Below are positions 18,256 to 27,344 of a stretch of 64,000 nt of DNA, one piece after another. Source of the DNA: Acidaminococcaceae bacterium (GTDB lineage Bacteria > Bacillota > Negativicutes > Acidaminococcales > Acidaminococcaceae); the NCBI GenBank assembly GCA_017405945.1, contig JAFQZL010000039.1:19335-83334 (forward strand), read 5' to 3'. A program made the position numbers and the translations under genes. Positions within the stretch are counted from its first letter, which is position 1. Each line of letters opens with the position of its first letter. Under the pieces are notes generated by a model. The model did not search any database and was not told where the DNA came from. It saw nothing but the letters and a program-made list of their open reading frames with translations.

Positions 18256-18894
18256 TTACTCCCGCAGCCCTTTCAGCAGTCTCCGCAAAAACTTAACAAA
18301 CTGGGGTACAAAGCCCTTTGTGCCAAAGCCGGCATCTGGGAATATTTCAATATGATGGAACTCTTTATATTCCAGACTGGCCGGATACAACGTCATCGCA
18401 TAGCTGTTTTCGTACTCAACAAACTGATAGGCCTGTTCTTCGGAAAATTGGGGAAAGATACGCTGCACCACTGCCTTCAGCCTGTTAAACGAACGGTTCA
18501 TCTCGATACGGAAACTGCGATGCATATCGGAAGTAGCGTCTTTTAAAATGACTGTATTCACAATGCCGAACAAAGCCAGCATCCGCTGATGGCGAAGCAG
18601 CATCCCGGCCCAGGCAAGACAGAACTTCTCCTGATCTTCGACCGGTTCTGTAAACGTTTTTTCGGCATCTTCCACCATATTCTCAATATCCTGCAGCAAA
18701 AGTGTCAGAAAGATATCTTCCTTGCAACGAAAATAATTATACAGGTTACGGCGCGTAAAATTCAGCTTCCGCCCAATCTCCGAAAATGTCACTTTGTCGT
18801 ATCCGATTTCCACATACAGCTCCGCTGCCACGTTTGTAATCTGTTCTATCCTTATTCTTTTCTGCTCCCCGCTTCTCGCCCTGATAAAACCCAT
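18256..18894 (-). CDS. TetR/AcrR family regulator
   Basis: RARSGEQKRIRIEQI, VTFSEIGRKLNFTRRNLYNYFRCKEDIF. Confidence 0.9.
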   Translation of the reverse strand: MGFIRARSGEQKRIRIEQITNVAAELYVEIGYDKVTFSEIGRKLNFTRRNLYNYFRCKEDIFLTLLLQDIENMVEDAEKTFTEPVEDQEKFCLAWAGMLLRHQRMLALFGIVNTVILKDATSDMHRSFRIEMNRSFNRLKAVVQRIFPQFSEEQAYQFVEYENSYAMTLYPASLEYKEFHHIEIFPDAGFGTKGFVPQFVKFLRRLLKGLRE

Positions 18895-18965
18895 CACTGC
18901 CACATCCTGTCTGCATTTGCATTTTTATATCAAATTTCTGTTGCTCTGATTAAAATATACCATAC

Positions 18966-20333
18966 TCAGGCCGCTTTGCCCAGTTCTTCCATGTGGCGCC
19001 CGATATGCGGCTGCAGGCGCCGGACCAAAAACGTAGCACAGCCCGCGCGAATGGACTGATCCAGGAACAAGGCAATCCAGGCACCAAGCAGTCCCAGACC
19101 GGCCACGTACAGGAATAACGCAGTCAGCAACGGACGCAGCACGGCGATGGACACAAAAGAATATAACGCAACGACAGCCGTCTTCCCGCTGCCCCGCAAA
19201 ATGCCGGCGCACACCAGCCCCTGCGCTTCCGGATAACCCACAATGGCAACCACGAACATAATGATCCCGCTCATGGCCAATGCTGCCGGATCGTCTGAGT
19301 ACACCATGAAAATCGGCTTACGCAGCAGGAAAATAAATACAAAGCTGACCGTGGAAAAAATCAGGCCCCACCTGACGCCGATCTTACGGAATACATGCCA
19401 GTCCCGTTCATTCTTCGCGCCGCAGCTCTGCCCCGCCAGCACCATGCTCGCCTTGCCCAGCCCCATTGCAAAATCCCAGTAATAGTCAACCACGCTCATA
19501 CAGATGCTGTGCACCGCAAAAGGAACCGTTCCAAGACCCGCCGCCATCCGGGTGAAAAGCACCATGCCGAGACGTTCAAAGCCCTGCTCGCTTATCATAC
19601 TGCCAAAAATCGGTAAAAACTCTTTAAAATATTTTCTGTCAGGGATAAAGCTGCCGCCCTGGGAAAAGTACTTGTTGTAATTCATAACATAAACCGTAGC
19701 GCACAGCGTAAACAACGTTCCCGTCACCGTACCGATGGCTGCCCCCACAACACCCAGTTTTGGGAACGGACCCACACCGAAAATCAGCAGGGCGTTCACA
19801 ATGACATTGACAATATTGCCGGTCACGTTTGTGCGCATAATCGCGCCCGTTTCCCCAAAGCCAAGCTGGACGGCCTGCAGTACTGAAGTCATGGACGTAA
19901 CATATACCGAAAAGATGGCAATACGGCTGTACAGCAGCGCCAGGGGAAGATAATCGTTTCCGGCGCCCATCAGCAATAAGATTTTTTCCAGCAGGAAATA
20001 AAACAGGATATGAAGCAATCCCATAAAAATACCGGCAAGGAACAGCGACTTGCGCAACAGTTCCGAGACGCCCGCCACATCTTTTGCCCCTGCTTTCCTC
20101 GCAGTCAGCAACGTAACAGCGGACGCAATGGAACGGGCAAAGCAAAGAAGCACCATGCGGGGCTGCGCAAAAATGCTGACGGCGGCAATGGATACCGCGC
20201 CCAGCGAACCTACCATAATCAAATCCGCGGAAGCCAGGAAACTCATAAACACACATTCCACTGCCGCCGGCAGCGCTATGCGAAAATACTTCTGCTCATC
20301 CGCCGTTTTAAAAAGTTTATCATAAACGCTCAT
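18966..20333 (-). CDS. MATE family efflux transporter
   Basis: ADLIMVGSLG, NVIVNALLIFG, LAGQSCGA, ILRGSG; GGAGG RBS at the MSVYDKL start. Confidence 0.9.
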   Translation of the reverse strand: MSVYDKLFKTADEQKYFRIALPAAVECVFMSFLASADLIMVGSLGAVSIAAVSIFAQPRMVLLCFARSIASAVTLLTARKAGAKDVAGVSELLRKSLFLAGIFMGLLHILFYFLLEKILLLMGAGNDYLPLALLYSRIAIFSVYVTSMTSVLQAVQLGFGETGAIMRTNVTGNIVNVIVNALLIFGVGPFPKLGVVGAAIGTVTGTLFTLCATVYVMNYNKYFSQGGSFIPDRKYFKEFLPIFGSMISEQGFERLGMVLFTRMAAGLGTVPFAVHSICMSVVDYYWDFAMGLGKASMVLAGQSCGAKNERDWHVFRKIGVRWGLIFSTVSFVFIFLLRKPIFMVYSDDPAALAMSGIIMFVVAIVGYPEAQGLVCAGILRGSGKTAVVALYSFVSIAVLRPLLTALFLYVAGLGLLGAWIALFLDQSIRAGCATFLVRRLQPHIGRHMEELGKAA

Positions 20334-20528
20334 AAATCCTCCCAAGCAAACCCTTTTTTAAATAAATACCATATTGGAACTTATTACGCGGGTATTATAA
20401 CACAACCGTAATTAAATCACAAGTTGGAACTTATTTTTTGTAAAAAAATAAGTCGTGGATATTCCACGACCGTCGGGTAAAACAGAATTTTTCAGTCCAA
20501 AACTCTTACCGGATGGTAAAGCATCGCT

Positions 20529-21299
20529 TTATCTTAAAAACATGTCTTTCATTTCCACTTCCGGATGCCGGTACTGGTTTTCCTTTTTAATCTTGTGTCC
20601 GTTTACCTGCATGCCGCCATGGGGACATGCATGCACACAGGCCATACAGTACGCGCAACGTGAACCTGTTACCGCTTTTTGATTCTGCAGCGTGATATTA
20701 TGCGCCGGGCAGATACGGGTGCAAATACCGCAGCCGACACAATGAGCCGGGTCTACGGAAACGGCAAAACGTTTCATCCCCAACTTCTTAATGAAATCGC
20801 TTGCCATAATTTTTCCCACAAGCGACGGCTTCATCAGCGAGGTGTCAACCTTTCTGTATTCGACTGCCTGCACTGTTTCTTTTACCACCTTCGTCTCGCC
20901 GTCCAGCTTGCAGTAATCGTACGCCACTTCCTTTTTCCAGGTTGCCGTACTGTTGGCAATCATATAGCAGACCCGTCCGTAACTTAACTTACAGTTGCGC
21001 ACTTTCAGAATTTCCCGCAGGTGATACAGGGAAACGCCAAAAGAGCCCCCGCATGTCGCTAAGCCAAAAAAATAGGTGGAAGGATTTAGAACCGCAGTTT
21101 TCAGATAGTCCTCCACCGGTTGGGGAATATCCCCAAAGTACACGGGAAACACAATGCCGATTTTTGTTTCTTTTGTCAAATCAAATACATCCGGTTCTTC
21201 CTGCAGCCGGATCAGCGGCACCGCCCTGTCGTTCAGCGCTGCTGCCAGTTTATTTGCCACGCTGTATGAATTCCCGGTACCGGAAAAATATATAATCAT
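20529..21299 (-). CDS. EFR1-family flavodoxin-ferredoxin fusion
   Basis: YFSGTGNS, FPVY, CVGCGICTRICP, CAYCMACVHACP. Confidence 0.9.
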   Translation of the reverse strand: MIIYFSGTGNSYSVANKLAAALNDRAVPLIRLQEEPDVFDLTKETKIGIVFPVYFGDIPQPVEDYLKTAVLNPSTYFFGLATCGGSFGVSLYHLREILKVRNCKLSYGRVCYMIANSTATWKKEVAYDYCKLDGETKVVKETVQAVEYRKVDTSLMKPSLVGKIMASDFIKKLGMKRFAVSVDPAHCVGCGICTRICPAHNITLQNQKAVTGSRCAYCMACVHACPHGGMQVNGHKIKKENQYRHPEVEMKDMFLR

Positions 21300-21363
21300 A
21301 CACCCACGTCCTTTTTACATTTCACATCAGGCCGGCTTTATCAAAACGCAAAAACAATTGCTT

Positions 21364-21696
21364 TCACTTTCGGTTTTCATTTCCCCAATCACAAAGTTTA
21401 TCCAGCACTTTGACAAGAGAATGCCCCCGCTCGGTCAGCGAATACTCAACCTTAGGAGGAATCTGTGGATACACTTTACGCATGATCAGGTCATCGGCTT
21501 CCAGTTCTTTCAGGTTCTGGCTGAGGGTCTTATCCGCCACCTTTTGCAGATACCGCTGCATTTCGTTAAAGCGGACCGGTTCATACTCCATCAGGCAGTA
21601 CAGGATGACCGGTTTATACTTACCTGAAATCAGGGAAAGGGTGTAGCTGTATCCGGTTTCGTTGAAGTCAGCATCTTCAATCCGTTTTCCTTCCAT
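21364..21696 (-). CDS. HxlR family winged-helix regulator
   Basis: ISGKYK, LSQNLKELE, PPKVEYSLTERG. Confidence 0.93.
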   Translation of the reverse strand: MEGKRIEDADFNETGYSYTLSLISGKYKPVILYCLMEYEPVRFNEMQRYLQKVADKTLSQNLKELEADDLIMRKVYPQIPPKVEYSLTERGHSLVKVLDKLCDWGNENRK

Positions 21697-21711
21697 TTCT
21701 TACCTCCCGGT

Positions 21712-21738
21712 AAGTACCTAACTTAGAAGTAGGTACTT
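21712..21738. promoter_or_regulatory. Putative HxlR operator between divergent genes
   Basis: Perfect inverted repeat AAGTACCTA-N9-TAGGTACTT. Confidence 0.75.
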
Positions 21739-21805
21739 GTTACATTTCTGGTTTCATGGTATCATACCGGACAGGAAAAAGCAATACACAAAGGAGCTGA
21801 TTGAA

Positions 21806-22354
21806 ATGCCAAAAAAAATCGTAATCTTAAATGGCAGTCCCCGGAAAAACGGCAATACCGCTTCGCTGACCGCCGCTTTTAAACGGGGTGCGGAAGAAGC
21901 CGGCCATATCGTGACGGAATTTTTCCCGGCGCATATGAAAATCAACGGATGCCTCGGCTGCTGGAACGGTGGAAAAGACGCGGCGCATCCCTGTGTACAG
22001 CGCGACGACATGGAAAAAATCTATCCTCTTTACAAAGAAGCGGATGTTGTCGTTCTTGCGTCCCCACTCTATTACTGGTTTATTTCCGGGTTTTTGAAAA
22101 ACACGTTTGACCGGTTGTTTGCCATTGCAGAAGCCGATTCGAACTATGAAAATCCAAAAAAATTAACCGCGCTGATCATGGCGGCGGAAGGCGACGAATT
22201 CCAGGAAAGCGAATTCTGGTACGACCATCTGGAACGCCACATCGGATGGAAAAGCATTGGAAAGGTATTATGCGGCTATGTAGCGCAGCCCGGCGACACG
22301 AACGGGAAACCGGAGCTTGCCGAAGCATATAATCTTGGAAAATCAATTAAGTAA
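21806..22354 (+). CDS. Flavodoxin/NADPH-dependent FMN reductase family (ISF-like)
   Basis: NGSPRKNGNT, GCLGCWNG...PC, SPLYYW. Confidence 0.88.
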   Translation: MPKKIVILNGSPRKNGNTASLTAAFKRGAEEAGHIVTEFFPAHMKINGCLGCWNGGKDAAHPCVQRDDMEKIYPLYKEADVVVLASPLYYWFISGFLKNTFDRLFAIAEADSNYENPKKLTALIMAAEGDEFQESEFWYDHLERHIGWKSIGKVLCGYVAQPGDTNGKPELAEAYNLGKSIK

Positions 22355-22371
22355 AAAGGAGCCCTGAAAAA

Positions 22372-22869
22372 ATGGAAAAAATCACATTGCCCAAAGCATC
22401 GGTTCTGACCTCCCCCAATCCGGTCACGCTTGTCTGCACAAAGAAGCCGGATGGAACCACAAACCTGGCTACGGTATCCTGGTGGACTTATCTCTCCTTC
22501 AATCCGGGTATGATTGCATATGCCATGGCGAAAACATCGTACAGCGGTGAAATGGTGAGACAAAACAAAAAAGTAATCCTCACGATTCCCGGCGAAGCAA
22601 TCGCGAAAGAAGTAATTGGCTGCGGCACATCAACCGGACGTACTACCGATAAAATCGCAAAGCTCGGTATCGCGATGCAGGACTTGCCTGATGCGGATAT
22701 CCGCGTACCGCTGCACAGCCGGGTTGCAATTCAGTGCACCCTCAAAGAGTACCATGAAGCGGGTGATCATTACCTCTATATTTGTAACGTAGACCAGGTA
22801 TTTGGAAACGAAAATGAAACGGCTGTTTTTGCCTGGAATGGCTATGGGGAAATCCGTCCGGCGAAGTAG
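22372..22869 (+). CDS. Flavin reductase-like (split-barrel) protein
   Basis: PNPVTLV, NLATVSW, AGDHYLYI. Confidence 0.85.
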   Translation: MEKITLPKASVLTSPNPVTLVCTKKPDGTTNLATVSWWTYLSFNPGMIAYAMAKTSYSGEMVRQNKKVILTIPGEAIAKEVIGCGTSTGRTTDKIAKLGIAMQDLPDADIRVPLHSRVAIQCTLKEYHEAGDHYLYICNVDQVFGNENETAVFAWNGYGEIRPAK

Positions 22870-22978
22870 ATTCAAAGGAACACTCTTTCGTGACAGCAAA
22901 AGCCAGGCGCTTTTCTGTCCCAAACTTTTAGCCAAATATCCGACAATTTAAGTTAAAAAAGTATAATCTAAATCCTCT

Positions 22979-23147
22979 TTCCGGTCACTTCAGTGACCGG
23001 ATTTTTTTCACAACTCCAGTGATGGCGCGGTTTTCCAGCCTGCTTTCTGTTAATATATATAGACAATCATATTTATCTGTCTCCAGATAGTATACCTTTC
23101 GTTTATTACGATGCTTTGTCCGGGAAAGCTGCCACTGAGCCGACGCG
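22979..23147. repeat. Dispersed bipartite intergenic repeat, copy 1
   Basis: Block A 22979-23068 matches 60243-60332 at 84/90; block B 23121-23147 is identical (27/27) to 60387-60413. Confidence 0.92.
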
Positions 23148-23358
23148 TTAAAGTCAGGTTTTTTATATAAAAGTTCATACCTTACCTCCGTAGATCAGGC
23201 ATGGCAGTCTTCCTTCATCGTCATTATCAGTAACAATTATTATTAAAAGTGTTTTTTAATGATATTTACTCGTCTGTTTTGTTCTCGTCTTTAGAAATCA
23301 ATAATCAACCTTTTTTAGCGTATTTTTAAAAATTTTAAAGAGTTTTTGGCAAAACGTC

Positions 23359-23387
23359 TTGACAAGTTTATTAGTAATAATTATAAT
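23359..23387 (+). promoter_or_regulatory. Perfect sigma-A promoter TTGACA-N17-TATAAT with no downstream ORF
   Basis: TTGACA 23359-23364, TATAAT 23382-23387. Confidence 0.85.
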
Positions 23388-23393
23388 TAAATA

Positions 23394-23520
23394 AACAAAA
23401 CTAAATATGCTTTGATTTGGATTAAGCCATATTCATACCAACCCTCATCCTTCTCCTTCTTCGCCTTTTATAACGGCAAGATAAAAAGCCCGCATCTGGA
23501 CCATGCGGGCTTTTTATTTT
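23394..23520 (+). ncRNA. Candidate small regulatory RNA, about 125 nt
   Basis: Bounded by the consensus promoter and an intrinsic terminator; CU-rich tract CCCUCAUCCUUCUCCUUCUUCGCC; no RBS-led ORF. Confidence 0.55.
23484..23520. terminator. Bidirectional intrinsic terminator
   Basis: AAAAAGCCCGCAT-ctggacc-ATGCGGGCTTTTT. Confidence 0.88.
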
Positions 23521-23534
23521 TGCAGATGACACTC

Positions 23535-24947
23535 TCATCTTCCTTCCAGTTTTTGTTCAATCACTTCTTCCGGTCCGTCCGGCAGAAGCCCGTTCACCTC
23601 GTCAACATCCCCCTGTTCAACATGTTTGAAATACCGTTTTGTCTCGGCAACCACCACGCCGCTGAGCGCCAGCAGGGCGATCAGGTTCGGAATCGCCATG
23701 AGGCCGTTGACAATATCCGCCAGCACCCAGATTGCCTCTAACTTCAGGAAAGCGCCCAAGGCTACCAGCACAATAAAAATAATACGGTACGGAAGAATAG
23801 CCTTCACACCGGCCAGATAGACAATGCAGCGTTCCCCGTAATAATTCCAGCCCAAAATGGTAGTGAAGGCAAACAGCACCAGACCCACCATCAGCACGAT
23901 TTTCCCGGCTTCCGGATAGCCCTGCATGAAGGCCGCCTGGGTCAGCGCCGCCCCGTTCAGGTCGCCCTTCCACAGCCCGGATACCACCAGGGTGAGGCCG
24001 GTAAGGGTACAGATTATGATCGTGTCGATAAACGTGCCGGTCATGGAAACCAGCCCCTGCTCCGCCGGCCATTTTGTCTTAGCCGCAGCAGCCACAATAG
24101 GCGCAGAGCCCAGGCCGGACTCGTTGGAGAATACGCCGCGGGCCACGCCGGACCGCATGGCCAGCATGACGCTCGCCCCGGCAAATCCTCCGGCCGCCGC
24201 AGTCGGCGTAAACGCGCAGCGCAGCACTTCCATCACTGCGCCGGGTACTTTGTCAATGAACATGAGCAGGAAACCGACCGTCGCGACAAAATAAATCACC
24301 GCCATTGCCGGAACGATCTTGCTGGCAACCGAGGCGATGGACTGCAGGCCGCCGATGGTTACCGCGGCAACCGCCAGCGTGAGAATCACGGCCGTATACA
24401 TGGGATCGAGCCCGACAGAAAGCTTTGTAATATCCACAATGGAATTCACCTGGGCAAAGGTGCCGATGCCGAAATAGGCAACCAGCACGCCCGCCGCCGC
24501 AAAAAACACAGCCAGCGGTTTCCACTGCCTGCCCATGCCGTTTTCAATATAAAACATGGGGCCGCCCGCAATTTCGCCGTGTTCGTCCACGCCGCGGTAT
24601 TTCACAGCCAGCAATCCTTCCGCATATTTGGTCGCCATGCCGAAGAACGCAGCCACCCACATCCAGAACAGCGCGCCGGGTCCGCCGGCTTTCACAGCCG
24701 TAGCCACGCCGACGATATTACCGGTGCCGATGGTAGCGGCAAGAGCCGTGCACAACGCCCGGAACGACGAAGTGTCCCCTTCGCCCTGGCTCTTTGCTTT
24801 AAAAATAAGCCCTAACGCTTTGGGCAGCCTCGCAACCTGCAGAAAACCCAGACGCAGGCTCAGAATCACACCGGTTCCCACCAGCAGCACAAGCAGCGGC
24901 GGTCCCCAGACAAAACTGTCAATTTCGTTCAACAACTCCAGATTCAT
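23535..24947 (-). CDS. Alanine/glycine:cation symporter (AGCS family)
   Basis: LAATIGTGNIVGVA, GGPGALFWMW, GVFSNESGLGSAP, GTFIDT; glycine riboswitch upstream. Confidence 0.95.
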   Translation of the reverse strand: MNLELLNEIDSFVWGPPLLVLLVGTGVILSLRLGFLQVARLPKALGLIFKAKSQGEGDTSSFRALCTALAATIGTGNIVGVATAVKAGGPGALFWMWVAAFFGMATKYAEGLLAVKYRGVDEHGEIAGGPMFYIENGMGRQWKPLAVFFAAAGVLVAYFGIGTFAQVNSIVDITKLSVGLDPMYTAVILTLAVAAVTIGGLQSIASVASKIVPAMAVIYFVATVGFLLMFIDKVPGAVMEVLRCAFTPTAAAGGFAGASVMLAMRSGVARGVFSNESGLGSAPIVAAAAKTKWPAEQGLVSMTGTFIDTIIICTLTGLTLVVSGLWKGDLNGAALTQAAFMQGYPEAGKIVLMVGLVLFAFTTILGWNYYGERCIVYLAGVKAILPYRIIFIVLVALGAFLKLEAIWVLADIVNGLMAIPNLIALLALSGVVVAETKRYFKHVEQGDVDEVNGLLPDGPEEVIEQKLEGR

Positions 24948-25044
24948 AGTCTCTCCTCCAAGGGTACAAAATAAAAAACTTACCTCCAACTGCTCCGGAG
25001 ATAAGTTCGCAAATCAAAATAACAGGAAACATCCTGAAATCTTT

Positions 25045-25240
25045 CTCTGTCCTTTTGCCTGAGAGATAAGAAAGCCGCGTAAGCTTCCGTGCACCTTCGG
25101 CGCCCGTACCGGAAAAAGGCGAAGCCGCATCCGTACCGGGACTCTCCAGAGTCGTGTCCCCTTATGGTTCCGCTTTTTACAGCGCCTGAGAGTGTAGCTC
25201 CTTCGGCAGGCTTGCGCCGTTCTCCCACAAGATTCATCCA
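25045..25240 (-). promoter_or_regulatory. Tandem (two-aptamer) glycine riboswitch
   Basis: Minus strand: GGAUGA..GGGAGA..CCGAAGGAGC..CUCUCAGG, then CUCUGGAGAG..GCCGAAGGUGC..CUCUCAGGCAAAAGGACAGAG. Confidence 0.95.
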
Positions 25241-25478
25241 CCTTTGTTCAGTTGTACGACAGCATTTATTATATACTTTTTTTCAGCAAATGCAAGTGTT
25301 CTGCAACAATTTTCTGATCAATGACAATCCCTGAACGTGTATGGTAAAAGACTTTGCAACATTCAAGCATTATATGAAGGATGAAAAAATGATAATTTCA
25401 TAAAAAACTGAGCCACCGACCTTGCGCCGATGGCTCTTCGTATTTATTGAGATAGTTTTATTTTTTTTATTAAAACAC

Positions 25479-25868
25479 TCACTTTACATTTGCATTAATA
25501 AAATCAACAACTTTTCCGGTGGGTGTTCCGGGCGTGAATACTTCGGCAATACCCGCCGCTTTCAGACCGGGAATATCCGCATCGGGAATTACGCCGCCGC
25601 CGATTACCAGAACATCGGTCATGCCTTTTTCCTTCAGCAGTTCCACCACTTTGGGGAACAGGGTGTTATGCGCGCCGGACAGAAGGCTCAGCGCCACAAC
25701 ATTCACGTCATCCTGTAACGCAGCCTCCGCAATCTGTTCCGGTGTCAGACGGATCCCGGTGTAGATTACTTCAAATCCCGCATCACGCAATGCCCGGGCT
25801 ACAACCTTGGCGCCCCGGTCATGACCGTCCAGACCGGGTTTTGCTACTAACACTTTAATATTGGCCAT
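25479..25868 (-). CDS. B12-binding small subunit of an acyl-CoA mutase
   Basis: [12 protein letters not shown] (DxHxxG), SLLSGAH, GGVIP. Confidence 0.95.
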   Translation of the reverse strand: MANIKVLVAKPGLDGHDRGAKVVARALRDAGFEVIYTGIRLTPEQIAEAALQDDVNVVALSLLSGAHNTLFPKVVELLKEKGMTDVLVIGGGVIPDADIPGLKAAGIAEVFTPGTPTGKVVDFINANVK

Positions 25869-25897
25869 TTTCATTTCCTCCATTTATATTCTGTCAT

Positions 25898-27262
25898 TCA
25901 GTCCGCAAGACACGCTGCCAGATCTTTGGCAAAGTCTTCACATTTTTCCAGATGTTCAATCAGTTTGCAAAGCTTTTCTGCTTTTGCCTCCCCGTAAACA
26001 GGCACGGCAAGATGCATGAATTTTTCTTTTGCTTCATTCCACGTCAGCGGGTTATCCGGATCGCCCTTGGGGAAGTCCACCTGCCGTTCCAGCGTCCGCC
26101 CGTCCTTCATGACCAATACGACCTTCGAAGCAAGCTTAGCCGGGTTTTCATCGTGTACCTTCTCCATCTCCGCATCCAGAATTACCTCAGTGCGGCTCAT
26201 CAGCCCGCGAACCACCGGATCCTGGATTACATCCGGGGCAAACTCCTCGATTCCCACCACGCCGTTTTTCAGCATGGCAGAAGTGCAGTACTGAATGCTG
26301 AACTTACATCCGTACGGGTTTTTCGGAGCAGGATTATTAATCAGGTAGTTTGTTATTTCATTCACATATAGCTTCACCTGTGCCACATCATCCGGTTTGA
26401 TGTTGTTTTCAGCGCGCAGGGTCTGGATTGCGTACAGCGCCGCATGGGAATGCTTGCAGCAGGCATAGGGCTTAAAGGAATTGTCGTCAATTTTCAGACG
26501 TCCCTTTCCCAGTCCTTCCGTCAGTTTTTCCAGATGCGGCTCCGGCACCATAGCCCGGCAAAAGCCCTTTTCCCCCTCCAATATCTTACTGGCGCCGGTA
26601 AAACCTTTTTGGGAGAGATAACCGGAAAGGACAGCGGCATAAGAACTCTTCCCTGCATGAAGCACCTTGCTCATAGCGCCTTCTTTCAGGAACTCCCATA
26701 AACCGGCTGCCTGTGTCCCCGCGCTGCCGTAACAGTTTATGGTCTGTTCAAGGTTCAGATTAAGCAGGTTAGCCGCAGCCGCAGCCCCGCCAATGGTACC
26801 GGCGGTACCGGTGGTATGCCAGAAGAAATACGATTCAGGGATTACGGATTCACCGACACGGCCACCTGCTTCATAGCCGGCGCAAACGGCCGTAATCATA
26901 TCCTTGCCACTTTTATGTTCGGCCTCGCCAATGGCAAATACCGGGGGCACTACCACGCAGGCAAGATGAATTATGGAAGGATTATGCAAATCATCAAAAT
27001 CCAGGGAATGGGACGCCGCGCCATTACAAAACGCTGCGTTCAGCGCATTGGTTTTTAAATCCGAACCGGAAAACACCGTAGCATTTCCGGCGCCGGCATC
27101 TAAAATGGTCTCCCGGATGATGCGGGAGGGAGTTTCCCGGGAACCGCGGATCGCAATTCCCAGCCAGTCCAGCATGCAACGTTTTGCCATTTCCACGGAA
27201 TGGGCGGAAAGATTTTTGTATTTTAAGGCTGAGGTAAATTCAGCCAGCGCTTTGGTTGTCAT
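25898..27262 (-). CDS. MmgE/PrpD family protein
   Basis: HSLDFDDLH...H, KVLHAG, FKPYACC, PKGDPDNPL. Confidence 0.93.
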   Translation of the reverse strand: MTTKALAEFTSALKYKNLSAHSVEMAKRCMLDWLGIAIRGSRETPSRIIRETILDAGAGNATVFSGSDLKTNALNAAFCNGAASHSLDFDDLHNPSIIHLACVVVPPVFAIGEAEHKSGKDMITAVCAGYEAGGRVGESVIPESYFFWHTTGTAGTIGGAAAAANLLNLNLEQTINCYGSAGTQAAGLWEFLKEGAMSKVLHAGKSSYAAVLSGYLSQKGFTGASKILEGEKGFCRAMVPEPHLEKLTEGLGKGRLKIDDNSFKPYACCKHSHAALYAIQTLRAENNIKPDDVAQVKLYVNEITNYLINNPAPKNPYGCKFSIQYCTSAMLKNGVVGIEEFAPDVIQDPVVRGLMSRTEVILDAEMEKVHDENPAKLASKVVLVMKDGRTLERQVDFPKGDPDNPLTWNEAKEKFMHLAVPVYGEAKAEKLCKLIEHLEKCEDFAKDLAACLAD

Positions 27263-27344
27263 TTTATTTCGTTCCTTTCATAAACAAACTTCAAACAGTT
27301 CCTTATAAAAGAATTTGTACAAATTCACCAGCGTTGCCTTCTCA

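Noticed and set aside
23041-23068. dif/Xer site around TTAA-TATATA-TAGAC
   Set aside because: Only the central hexamer resembles Firmicute dif; the arms match poorly, and several copies argue against the chromosomal dif. Kept only as a hypothesis in the repeat finding
23048-23178. 42-aa minus ORF MNFYIKNLTLTRRLSGSFPGQ... with a GGAGG RBS crossing repeat block B
   Set aside because: The start and frame are not conserved in copy 2, so there is no support beyond the RBS
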